Below, piece by piece: positions 10,608 through 20,872 of a DNA stretch of 64,000 nt; position 1 is the first letter of the stretch; the number at the start of each line of letters is the position of its first letter. The translations under genes and the position numbers were made by a program. The notes beneath the pieces were generated by a model. That model had not been told where the DNA came from. It ran no database searches and saw nothing but the letters and a program-made list of their open reading frames with translations. The DNA is from an uncultured delta proteobacterium (GTDB lineage: Bacteria; Myxococcota; Myxococcia; Myxococcales; Anaeromyxobacteraceae), in NCBI GenBank assembly GCA_963828255.1, contig CAWHDZ010000021.1, forward strand, positions 32,001-96,000, given 5' to 3'.

Positions 10608-11311
10608 GTGCGCCGCTATCTCTTCGTGGACGACAACCTGGAGTTCGCCGAGAACCTCGTCGAGATCGCCGGCGACTGCGGCTGCGACTGCGAGATGGCG
10701 GCCTGCGGCGCCGAGGCGATGGAGAGGGTCTCCGGCTCCCGCTTCGACGCGGTGGTCACCGACATGCGCATGCCGGGCATGGGGGGCGCCGCGCTGGTCC
10801 ACGAGATCCGGCGCGTGGACCCGGGGCTCCCCGCCGTGGTCCTCACCGCCCACGCCGCGGACGCCGCCCTGGAGGCGGCGCGTCGCGAGGGCCTGCTCGC
10901 GGTGCTCGCCAAGCCGGCGCCCATCGACCGGCTCCTGACCCTGCTCGGCGCGGCCCGCCGCGACGGGGTGCTGGCGGTCCTCGAGGACGACCCGGCCCTG
11001 CTCGACAACCTCACAGAGGCCCTGCGCCTGCGCGGCTTCGCCGCGGTCACCGCCTCCACCGTCCTGGACACCGACCGGCTCGGGCCGGTGCGCCCCTTCG
11101 CCGCGCTGGCCGACCTGCGCCTGCCGGGCGGCCCGGACGGCGAGGCCGTCCGCCGGCTCACGGCCCGGTTCCCCGGGATCCCCGTCGTCGCCGTGACCGC
11201 CTTCCCGGCCGCCGCACCCGAGGGCGCCCACGCCACCTTCGGAAAGCCCTTCGACACCGCCGCGCTGCTCGACGTGGTGGAGCGCATCCACTCCGGAAGG
11301 ACATCCTCCTC

Positions 11312-11315
<4 letters not shown>
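10608..11315 (+). CDS. Response regulator with two receiver domains and no output domain, NmpT-like
   Basis: FVDDN...TDMRMPG...KP, then VLEDD...DLRLPG...KPFD. Confidence 0.85.
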
Positions 11316-12414
<1,099 letters not shown>

Positions 12415-12418
<4 letters not shown>

Positions 12419-13851
12419 CCGAGGCCGGCGGAGTCGTCGCCGAGGTCTTCGGGTCCGCCCTGTCCGGCGCCGCCGTTGGCGTACTCCTTGAGCCGGTACT
12501 GGATCTTGCGGACGCTGATGCCGAGGATCTCGGCGGCGCGGGAGGTGGAGCCGCCCACCATCTCCAGGGTGCGCAGGATGGCCTCGCGCTCGATCTCGTA
12601 GAGGGTGGCGCCGGGGATGAGCGCGCCCGGGCTTCGCTCGCGTGGACGCGGCCCGCGCAGCGTGGGGGGCAGGTCGTCGGCGGTCATCTCCGGCCCCTTG
12701 GCCAGGACCACCGCCCGCTCCACGACGTTCTCGAGCTCGCGGACGTTGCCCGGCCAGTCGTGCGCCAGGAGCGCGTTCAGCGTGCCCGGGGCGAGCCCGC
12801 GGATCTCCTTGCCGTAGGCCTTGCCGTACTTCTCGACGAAGTGGCTCACCAGGGCGGGGATGTCCCCCTTGCGGTTGCGCAGCGGCGGCAGCGTGACCGC
12901 GACCACGTTCAACCGGTAGTAGAGGTCCTCGCGGAACTTCCCGGTCTTCACCTCGGCGGCCAGGTCGCGGTTGGTGGCGGCCACCAGCCGGACGTCCACC
13001 TTCAGCGTGGAGACCCCGCCCACCCGCTCGAACTCCTTCTGCTGCAGGACGCGGAGGAGCTTGATCTGGAGGGCCGGGGAGATGTCCCCGATCTCGTCGA
13101 GGAAGAGCGTGCCCCCGTCGGCCAGCTCGAAGCGCCCCTCCTTGCGGCCGATGGCGCCGGTGAAGGATCCCTTCTCGTGGCCGAAGAGTTCGCTCTCCAG
13201 CAGCGTCTCGGAGAGCGCCGCGCAGTTCACCTTGACGAAGGCCTGGTCGCGCCGTGGTGACTCCTCGTGAAGGGCCTGGGCGATGAGCTCCTTGCCGGTG
13301 CCCGATTCGCCGAGGATGAGGACGGTGGCGCGCGTGGGGGCGGCCCGCTTCACCACCTCGTAGACCGCCTGGAGCTCGGGAGCGTCGCCCACGATGTTGT
13401 GGAAGCGGTAGCGCTCGCGCACCCGCTCGCGGAGGTTCTGGGTGTCGCGCTGGAGCCGGAGCTTCTCGAGCGCCTTCTCGAGGACCACCAGCACGGCGTT
13501 CACGTCGAGCGGCTTCACGAGGTAGTTCTCGGCGCCTGCCCGCATGGCCTCGACGGCGGCCTCCACGCTGGCGTAGGCGGTCATCATCACGAAGACCGCG
13601 TCGGAGCCCTGCTCCCGCGCCCTCTTGAGAAGGGTGATGCCGTCCATGTGCGGCATCCGGACGTCGGCGAGGACCGCTGCCGGGGCGAACGACTGCATGA
13701 GCTGGAGGGCCTCCTCGCCGTCCGCAGCCTCGACGAGCTCGTACCCCTCCTCGGTCAGGATGTCCTTCAGCGCCTGCCGGGCGTTCCCCTCGTCGTCCAC
13801 GACGAGGATCCGCTCCTTGCCACCGCGCGCGGGATTCTTGGCCAGCGTCAT
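12415..13851 (-). CDS. Sigma54-dependent response regulator (NtrC family enhancer-binding protein), NmpR-like
   Basis: Receiver domain, GESGTGKE, ESELFGHEKGSFTGA, FLDEIG, WPGNVRELEN, Fis-type HTH. Confidence 0.92.
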
Positions 13852-13886
13852 CTTTGTCTCGCCCACCTTGCTCCTCCGCCTGGGTC

Positions 13887-13928
13887 GCGCAACGGCTGCG
13901 GAGGGCCGCATCTTATGCATGGATTGCG
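13887..13928. promoter_or_regulatory. Cluster of CGCA-N5-TGCG-type sites upstream of the sigma54 activator gene
   Basis: GCGCAACGGCTGCG 13887-13900, CGCATCTTATGCA 13907-13919, TGCATGGATTGCG 13916-13928. Confidence 0.55.
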
Positions 13929-14004
13929 GCGCGGAATCCACCCAATTGCTGGTCAAACCAGCGAAGGTTCGGGGTTCTTCCTGCGGGTCAGGAACTCCTC
14001 CCGT

Positions 14005-14020
14005 TGGCGAAAGGGTTGCG
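14005..14020 (+). promoter_or_regulatory. Sigma54 -24/-12-like element with no sense gene downstream
   Basis: TGGCGAAAGGGTTGCG fits TGGC-N7-TTGC. Confidence 0.4.
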
Positions 14021-14043
14021 GTGAGCCCCGGGCGGGGGCCGGG

Positions 14044-14706
14044 TCAGGCGTTCCCGCCCAGTTCCTTGAGACGCCCGACCCGGTCGTAGGGCCGCCAGCG
14101 GAACCCGGCGCCGAGCGCCTCGGCAGCCCTCCGGCAGTCGTCCATCTCGAGACCCGGGACGGCCACGAAGCTGGCGTGGACCTCCGGGACGTGGCGCACC
14201 GCGGCACGGATGAACTCCCTCACAGCCTCCCAGGCGGACTCGCCGTACCGGTTCGGACAGAGGCGGAGGTAGGTGGCGGCGTCGGGCGCGTTCAGTGAAA
14301 CGACGACGGCGCCGAGTCCCGCGCCGGCCAGGTCCGGGGTGACGTCGCGCCCCTCCCGGAGGTTCGCCAGCCCGTCGGTGTCGAGGCGAACCCGCGAGAC
14401 GCCCGAGCCGACGAGCCGCCGGGTGATCTCGAGGAGCACGTCGAGCCTCCGGGTGGGTTCGCCAAGCCCCGTGAAGACGACCTCGGAACGGCCCGAGAGC
14501 CCCTGCCTCTCCACCTGCTCCCAGACCTCGTCGGCGGAGGGCGCGCGCGAGAGGCGCAGGTCGTACCCACCCACCACCCAGTCGTCGTCGCGGATCTTCG
14601 GGCAGAAGACGCAGGCGAGGGTGCAGGCCGAGGTGAGGTTCAGGTAGAGCGCGTCGCCGAGCGCATAGGCGAGGACCGGCGACGCGGCCGCGGTGCCGTC
14701 GTTCAC
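14044..14706 (-). CDS. TatD-associated radical SAM protein
   Basis: LYLNLTSACTLACVFC (CxxxCxxC), EVVFTGLGEPT, DTDGLANL, VSLNAPDA. Confidence 0.85.
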   Translation of the reverse strand: MNDGTAAASPVLAYALGDALYLNLTSACTLACVFCPKIRDDDWVVGGYDLRLSRAPSADEVWEQVERQGLSGRSEVVFTGLGEPTRRLDVLLEITRRLVGSGVSRVRLDTDGLANLREGRDVTPDLAGAGLGAVVVSLNAPDAATYLRLCPNRYGESAWEAVREFIRAAVRHVPEVHASFVAVPGLEMDDCRRAAEALGAGFRWRPYDRVGRLKELGGNA

Positions 14707-14715
14707 CAGGAGAGC

Positions 14716-15018
14716 TTAATCGTCCGCGGGGCGGTGGCCACTGCACCCGAGGCAGAAGCGCGCCTCGGGGATGGCGCGGAGGCGCTGGAGCCCGAGCGGG
14801 CCTCCGCAGGAACTGCAAGATCCGTAGTTGCCCTGGGCGATCCGGCCCAGAGCCGCCTCGACCTCGGCTATCTCGCGGGCCACGCTCGGCGCGGGCACCG
14901 CCTCCGGGAGCACCTCTTCCGCGGCGAAGCCCGTGGGTCCGTGGATGTCATGGGCGCGCTGCAAGGCCTCTCTCCGGTTGAGGAGGAGGGAGCGTGCCTC
15001 TGTTTCGATCCGGCTCAT
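14716..15018 (-). CDS. TraR/DksA-type C4 zinc finger protein (short)
   Basis: EVEAALGRIAQGNYGSCSSCGGPLGLQRLRAIPEARFCLGC. Confidence 0.82.
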   Translation of the reverse strand: MSRIETEARSLLLNRREALQRAHDIHGPTGFAAEEVLPEAVPAPSVAREIAEVEAALGRIAQGNYGSCSSCGGPLGLQRLRAIPEARFCLGCSGHRPADD

Positions 15019-15062
15019 GCTCTGGGTGGGTCTCCCGCCACGCTGGGCTCGGGGCGTTTCAT

Positions 15063-15156
15063 TACACGTGGCGTGCCGAACCGGAACCAACCGGATTCAG
15101 GGGGGGTTCCGTCGCACCCGTTGCGCCGGGGCGCCCGACGCACGCATCCGTTGCGC
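15063..15156 (-). promoter_or_regulatory. Putative sigma54 promoter plus two enhancer palindromes upstream of the DksA-like gene
   Basis: Minus-strand CGGCACGCCACGTGTA (15078-15063; -12 reads GT, not GC); CGCACCCGTTGCGC 15113-15126 and CGCATCCGTTGCGC 15143-15156, 30 bp apart. Confidence 0.55.
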
Positions 15157-15161
15157 CCCGG

Positions 15162-15557
15162 CTACCCCTCGCGCAGCAAGCCAACCAGGGCGCGGAGCGC
15201 GTCGGTCGAGGTGAAGATGCCCACCAGCGTGGCGTTCTCCACGACGAGTGCCGAGCCTTGCTTGCTCTTCGCCATCGCCTCGGCGACCTCGGCGAGAGAT
15301 GCGTCGGGAGGGACCACGAAAGGCTCGTCGCTCATCGCCTCCTCGACCATCTCGCGCCCGACGTCCACGCCGCGGAGCGTCTCGAGCAGGTAGAGGTCGC
15401 GCTGCGACACCACGCCGACGAGCTTCCCGTCCAGGACGACCGGGAGGTGGCGCACGCCTCGCTCCCGCATCGTCTGATGGGCCTCGGCGAGCGTCTGGCG
15501 CGTCGTGATGGTGTGCGGCGTCGGGGTCATGAAGCGGCGGATCTCGTGGCGCGGCAT
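15162..15557 (-). CDS. CBS-domain pair protein
   Basis: FMTPTPHTI...VRHLPVV..GKLVGVVSQRDL; second CBS repeat LVGIFTSTDAL. Confidence 0.9.
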   Translation of the reverse strand: MPRHEIRRFMTPTPHTITTRQTLAEAHQTMRERGVRHLPVVLDGKLVGVVSQRDLYLLETLRGVDVGREMVEEAMSDEPFVVPPDASLAEVAEAMAKSKQGSALVVENATLVGIFTSTDALRALVGLLREG

Positions 15558-15643
15558 CGCGTCCTCCCTTCGATTCCCCGACTAGCGTAACTCCGGAACC
15601 CGCGGTTGTCTCTGAACCCCTCCTGGGTTAGCTTCCGCGGACC

Positions 15644-17262
15644 ATGGAGAAGACCTGGGTCAAGGACGTGAAGGAAGGCGAGCGCGTGAAGGCCATCTTC
15701 GCGGTGGCTCGCAAGGCCGTGCCGACCGCCAAGAGCGGCAAGAGCTACCTCGCGGCCACCCTGGTGGACCGCACGGGGGAGATCGAGGCCCGCTCCTTCG
15801 ACCGTGTCGAGGAGCTCTCGGCCCTCTTCGAGGAGAAGGACCTGGTCGAGGTCGAGGGCGCCATCGGCTCCTTCCAGGGCAAGCCGCAACTCCGCTTCGA
15901 GTCGATCGTCAAGGTCGATCCCTCCGTCGCCGGGATCGACGCCGCCGACTTCGCCTGGGTGGCGCCTCCCGAGCCGCGCAAGCCGGAGAAGGCTCCGGCC
16001 GACGATGCCCCCGACACGACCTGGACCGAGCTGGTCGGCCTCGTCGAGGCCATCACCGACGTCCACGTGAAGGAACTCGTGAAGGCCTTCCTGGCCGACG
16101 ACGACCTGGTCTCCCGCCTGCGCCGCGCGCCCGCCGCGAAGAGCGTGCACCACGCCTACGCGGGAGGGCTGCTCGAGCACACCGTGGCCTGCATCAAGCT
16201 CTCCCACCGGGTCGCCGATCAGTACCCGCAGCTCGACCGCGACCTGCTCGTGGCCGGCGCCTTCTTCCACGACCTGGGCAAGATCCGCGAGCTCGGCTAC
16301 GAGCGCGGCGTCGAGTACACCGACGAGGGACGGCTGGTCGGCCACCTGGTCATGGCCGCGCAGTGGATCCACGAGAAGGCCCGGCGCGTGGGCGTGCCCC
16401 GCGAGCTCGAGCAGCACGTGGTCCACCTCGTGCTCGCCCACCACGGCAAGCTGGAGTTCGGGTCGCCGAAGACCCCGGTGACCCTCGAGGCGCTGGTCAC
16501 CCACTTCATCGACGACCTCGACAGCCGGGTGAACTCCTGGCTCGGGCTCATGGGGCGCGAGAGCGGGTCGCGCCGCTGGACCGACTCCCAGAACATCTAC
16601 GGCCACCACATCTGGCGCGGCACGCTGCCGACGGCCCAGGTGGAGAAGAAGGCCCCCCCGCCCGAGCTCATGACCCCGGTGATCTACGTCCCCCGGCCGG
16701 CCGCGAACGGGCAGGCCCAGCGGAAGGCGCAGGAGAAGAAGGCCAGGCCGGTCCGGCCGCCGCGCCCCGAGCGCACCGAGCCAAGGCCCGCCACCGAGGG
16801 GGCCACCGCCGCCGCACCTGCCGCGGAGAGCGCCCCGCCGCGCCCGGAGCGGACCGAGGCTCCTCCCCGCGCCGAGCGCCCTCCCCGTCCAGACCGGCCC
16901 GACCGCGGCCCGCGCGGTCCTGGAGGCCCGGGCGGTCCCGGAGGTCCCGGCGACCGCAAGCCCAGGTACATGGGGCCGCGCCTCCCCGGCGACAGGGGCC
17001 CGACCGCCCGCCCGGACAAGCCGAAGAGCCTCACCCACAACCCCTTCGCCGCGCTCGCGGCCAAGGTCGAGGCGGAGCGTGGAGCGCCGGTGGCCGAACA
17101 GCAGCCGGAGGCGTCGCCTCCCGAGGTCGCCGCCGAGGCCCACGCCGAGGCCGCTCCCGAGACGACCCACGGGTCCGCGCAGGTCGCCGCTCCCGAGGCT
17201 CCCCCCCGGCTCCTCCGGTCGAGGCCGCACCGGCCCCGACGGGTGGCGATCCCGCCGCCTAG
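15644..17262 (+). CDS. YhaM/Cbf1-like 3'-5' exoribonuclease (OB fold + HD domain) with long disordered tail; apparent frameshift at C-run 17201-17207
   Basis: DRTGEIEAR OB fold, PAAKSVHHAYAGGLLEH, HDLGK, HHGKLEFGSP; the tail continues naturally as PPVEAAPAPTGGDPAA* (stop 17262) in the shifted frame, just before the next gene. Confidence 0.8.
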
Positions 17263-17268
17263 TCCCCA

Positions 17269-17991
17269 GTGCTCCCGTTCGGCCGCACCGCCGCGATCTT
17301 CGACGTCGACGACTCGCTCCTCGACGGCAACGCCGGCACGATCTTCAGCTGGTACCTCTACAGCGAGAAGATCATGCTCCCGGAGATCCGGTCGCGGATC
17401 CCGCGGCTGGTCTACGAGTTCGCGCGCCGTCGCCTGGGCGAGAAGGACATGGTCGAGCTGGGCTCGCAGTGCCAGGCCGGACTCTGGGTGGACGACATCC
17501 GGACCCACGCCCAGGCCTGCTTCGAGCGGCACCTCCGGGGGCGCATCACCGAGGGTGCGGTGCGGCAGATCCGCAAGCACTTGCTCTCCGGCCACTACGT
17601 CCTCATCGCCTCCGGCTCCCCGCAGGCCATCGTGGACGAGGTGGCGCGCCACCTGCGCGTCCACGGCGCCATCGGGACCCGCACCCGCTCCGTGGACGGC
17701 AAGGCCACCTCCGACATCCTGGCTCCCATCGTCTTCCAGGACGGCAAGCGGCAGGCCGTCGCCACCGCCCTGGCCGCCCAGGGCATCCCCCTCTCGCGGT
17801 GCTGGCTCTACTCCGACTCGGCCGCGGACATCCCGCTCTTCGAGGCGGTCGGCCACCCGGTGGTGGTGAATCCCAAGGAGCCGTTCCGGATCGAGGCCGA
17901 GCAGCGCGGCTGGCCGGTGGTCCGGTGGAAGGAGCGCACCAAGGAGGCCCAGGTGGACCTCGCATCGGAGTGGACCAGCTGGGATGGTTGA
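17269..17991 (+). CDS. HAD-IB family hydrolase (SerB-like)
   Basis: IFDVDDSL motif I, IASGS, GK, YSDSAADIPLF..VGHPVVVNP. Confidence 0.88.
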   Translation: MLPFGRTAAIFDVDDSLLDGNAGTIFSWYLYSEKIMLPEIRSRIPRLVYEFARRRLGEKDMVELGSQCQAGLWVDDIRTHAQACFERHLRGRITEGAVRQIRKHLLSGHYVLIASGSPQAIVDEVARHLRVHGAIGTRTRSVDGKATSDILAPIVFQDGKRQAVATALAAQGIPLSRCWLYSDSAADIPLFEAVGHPVVVNPKEPFRIEAEQRGWPVVRWKERTKEAQVDLASEWTSWDG

Positions 17992-18002
17992 ACACCGCCT
18001 CG

Positions 18003-18782
18003 CTATGCGAGTCGGAAGAACCTCTTCACGTTGGCGGTGGTCACCTCGGCCACCTCCCCCGGACTCACCCCCCACAGTTCCGCCACCTTCGCCGCCACGT
18101 GCACCACGTGGGCCGGCTCGTTCCGCTTCCCCCGGAACGGCACCGGCGCCAGGAACGGGCTGTCGGTCTCCACCATCAGCCTGTCCCGCGGGATCCTCCG
18201 GACCGCCTCCCGGATTCCCTCCGCGGCCTTGAAGGTGACGATGCCGGCCACCGAGACGTGCATCCCCAGGTCGAGGTAGGTCCGCGCCGCCTCCCAGTCG
18301 CCGGTGAAGCAGTGGATGACCCCACCCGCCGCCGGCAGCCCCTCCTCGCGAAGGATCGCCGCGCAGTCGGCGTCGGCCTCCCGCACGTGGACCACCACTG
18401 GCTTCTCCACGCTCCGCGCGATCCGGATCGACCGCCTGAAGCTCTCCCGCTGCACCTCGCGCGGCGAGAGGTCGTAGTGGTAGTCGAGCCCGGTCTCGCC
18501 CACCGCGACCACGGCGGGGTCGGCGGCGAGCCGCGCGCTCTCCTCCCAGTCGGCCTCCGGAACCTGGGCGCACTCGTGCGGGTGGATGCCGGCCGTGGCG
18601 GCGAAGACCGCCGGCCGGGTCCGGGCCAGCTCGACTGCGTTCCCGAAGTTCCCCGGCGACCGCCAGAGCCCGACCACGACGATCCGGTCCACGCCGGCCG
18701 CGGCGGCGCGGGACACCACCCCGTCGATCTCGCCCTGGAAGTCCTCGAAGTCGAGGTGGGCGTGGGAGTCGACGAGACTCAC
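18003..18782 (-). CDS. tatD: TatD family hydrolase
   Basis: DSHAHLD, GIHPH, VGETGLDY, VVHVRE, IHCFTG, ETDSPFLAP. Confidence 0.93.
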   Translation of the reverse strand: MSLVDSHAHLDFEDFQGEIDGVVSRAAAAGVDRIVVVGLWRSPGNFGNAVELARTRPAVFAATAGIHPHECAQVPEADWEESARLAADPAVVAVGETGLDYHYDLSPREVQRESFRRSIRIARSVEKPVVVHVREADADCAAILREEGLPAAGGVIHCFTGDWEAARTYLDLGMHVSVAGIVTFKAAEGIREAVRRIPRDRLMVETDSPFLAPVPFRGKRNEPAHVVHVAAKVAELWGVSPGEVAEVTTANVKRFFRLA

Positions 18783-20872
18783 TTGACCCGCGTGCCGGGG
18801 GCCACGCCCTCGTCCACCAGGATCACCCGGGGTGGATCCCCCGCGGCGAGAAGCATCCCCTGGGAGGTGATCCCCCGCAGCGCGCGCGGCTCGAGATTGG
18901 CCACGACGACGATGCGCCGGCCCACCAGCGCTTCCGGCTCCGGGTAGGACATCGCGATCCCGGCCACGATGGTGCGCGGTTCCGCCTCGCCGACGTCCAC
19001 GGTGAGCTGGAGAAGCTTGTCTGCCTTGGGAACCCGCACCGCGGCGCCGACGAGCGCCACCTTGAGCTCGACCTTCATGAAGTCGTCGAAGCCGATGACC
19101 CCGGTGGCCGGCGGCGCCGCCGGCGTGGGGGCCGGAGCCTCGGGCGCCCGGGCGGTCACCTTGCTCGCGGTCTCGGCCGGGCTCGCGCCCTGGGAGACCC
19201 GGGGCGCCTCGCCCTCGGGCGCGGCCACCAGCTTCGCCACCTGCTTCGCGTCGAGCCGCGCGATCTGCGGCGGCCTGCCCCGCGCCACCACCGGCGCACC
19301 CACGAAGGGGTCGAAGTCGGCGCCCCAGGCTCCCGGTCGCGACTGGCCGAAGGCCGCGCAGAGGTCGTCGGCGAAGACCGGCATCACCGGCCAGAGCATC
19401 ACCGAGATGGCGCGGAGGGCGCGGGCGCAGGAGAGGAGCAGCTTCCGGGAGGCCGGCGACGTCGGGGACTCCCAGGGCTTCCAGGTTTGAAGGTTCTTGT
19501 TGCAGGTGTCGGCGACCTGGTTCACGAGCCGCACCACCTCGCGGTACTCGAGCGCCTGGTAGGCCGGGCGCGAAAGCCGCAGCGCCTCGCGGGTCACGCC
19601 AGCGATGCCCTCGTCCGGATCGCCGGTGAGATCCCCGCCGGCCCGCTCCACCAGCGCGAAGACGCGCGATGCGAGGTTGGCCACGTTGTTGGCCAGGTCG
19701 GCGTTGATGCGGTTCCGGAACTCGTCGAGCGAGAGGTCGAGGTCGGAGACCCCCGGACCGAGGTTGGCGGCGTAGTAGTAGCGCAGCAGTTGCGGGTCGA
19801 GGCCGGCGTCGAGGTAGGTCTTCGCCGTGACGAAGGTGCCACGCGACTTGGACATCTTCTCCCCGTTCACCGTGAGGTGGCCGTGCACCGCCAGCCGGTG
19901 CGGCAACTTGAGCCCCGCCGCCCCCAGCATGGCCGGCCAGAAGACGGCGTGGAATCGGAGGATGTCCTTGCCGATGAAGTGCTCGAGGCGCGAGGGCGAG
20001 CCGGGAGCGAGGTAGGTGGCCTCGTAGGCCGCCGGATCGAGCCGATCGGCGGGGGGCGCCTCGTCGGCGAAGTAGCGCTCCCCGGACGACAGGTAGCCGA
20101 TGGGGGCGTCGAGCCAGACGTAGATGAACTTCCCCGGGAAGTCTGCGTCGTTCACCGGGAATCCGAAGTAGGGCGCGTCGCGGGTGATGCACCAGTCCTG
20201 GAGGTCGTCGAGCCAGCCCTTCACCTGCTCCCTCACCGCCGCGTCGAGGTGCCCCTCCCCCTCCACCCAGGCCCGGATGGCCGGCTCCACCTTCTTGAGA
20301 TCGACGTAGGCGTGGTCGCTGGCGCGGACCACCGGGGAGGTTCCGCAGATCGCGCAGCGGGGGTCCTTCAGCTCCCGCGGATCGTAGGTGGTCCCGCACT
20401 TCTCGCAGACGTCGCCGTACTGGCCGGGCGTGGCGCACTTCGGGCAGGCGCCCTTCACGAAGCGGTCGGGGAGGAACCGGCCGTCCTTCTCGCAGAAGAG
20501 CTGCTCGACCGACTTCCTGTAGATGAGCCCGCGCGACTTGAGCGCATCCCAGATGCGCCAGGCCCACTTCCGGTTCTCGTCCGAATCGGTCGTGTAGTAG
20601 GTGGAGAAGTCCACGCCGAAACGCTGGAAGTCCTGGTGCTGCTCCTTCCGGTAGCGCTCCACGAACTCCTTCGGCGACACGCCAGCCTTCGACGCGTTCA
20701 CCTCGATGGGCGTACCGTGCGAGTCGGCCGCGCAGACGTAGGTGACGTCGTCCCCCAGCGAGCGCCGGTAGCGGACGTAGACGTCGGTCTGGATGTACTC
20801 GACCAGGTGGCCGAGGTGGATCGACCCGTTGGCGTAGGGCAGCGCGCTGGTCACGAGGATCTTCTGGCTCAA
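18779..20872 (-). CDS. metG: Methionine--tRNA ligase with C-terminal tRNA-binding domain
   Basis: TSALPYANGSIHLGH, zinc knuckle, YVWLDAPIGY, KMSKS, DKLLQLTVDVG; TTG start inferred. Confidence 0.95.
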   Translation of the reverse strand: MSQKILVTSALPYANGSIHLGHLVEYIQTDVYVRYRRSLGDDVTYVCAADSHGTPIEVNASKAGVSPKEFVERYRKEQHQDFQRFGVDFSTYYTTDSDENRKWAWRIWDALKSRGLIYRKSVEQLFCEKDGRFLPDRFVKGACPKCATPGQYGDVCEKCGTTYDPRELKDPRCAICGTSPVVRASDHAYVDLKKVEPAIRAWVEGEGHLDAAVREQVKGWLDDLQDWCITRDAPYFGFPVNDADFPGKFIYVWLDAPIGYLSSGERYFADEAPPADRLDPAAYEATYLAPGSPSRLEHFIGKDILRFHAVFWPAMLGAAGLKLPHRLAVHGHLTVNGEKMSKSRGTFVTAKTYLDAGLDPQLLRYYYAANLGPGVSDLDLSLDEFRNRINADLANNVANLASRVFALVERAGGDLTGDPDEGIAGVTREALRLSRPAYQALEYREVVRLVNQVADTCNKNLQTWKPWESPTSPASRKLLLSCARALRAISVMLWPVMPVFADDLCAAFGQSRPGAWGADFDPFVGAPVVARGRPPQIARLDAKQVAKLVAAPEGEAPRVSQGASPAETASKVTARAPEAPAPTPAAPPATGVIGFDDFMKVELKVALVGAAVRVPKADKLLQLTVDVGEAEPRTIVAGIAMSYPEPEALVGRRIVVVANLEPRALRGITSQGMLLAAGDPPRVILVDEGVAPGTRVK

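Noticed and set aside
17263..17869. C-terminal extension of the HD nuclease overlapping the HAD gene
   Set aside because: Artefact of the C-run frameshift; the HAD frame carries the real motifs.
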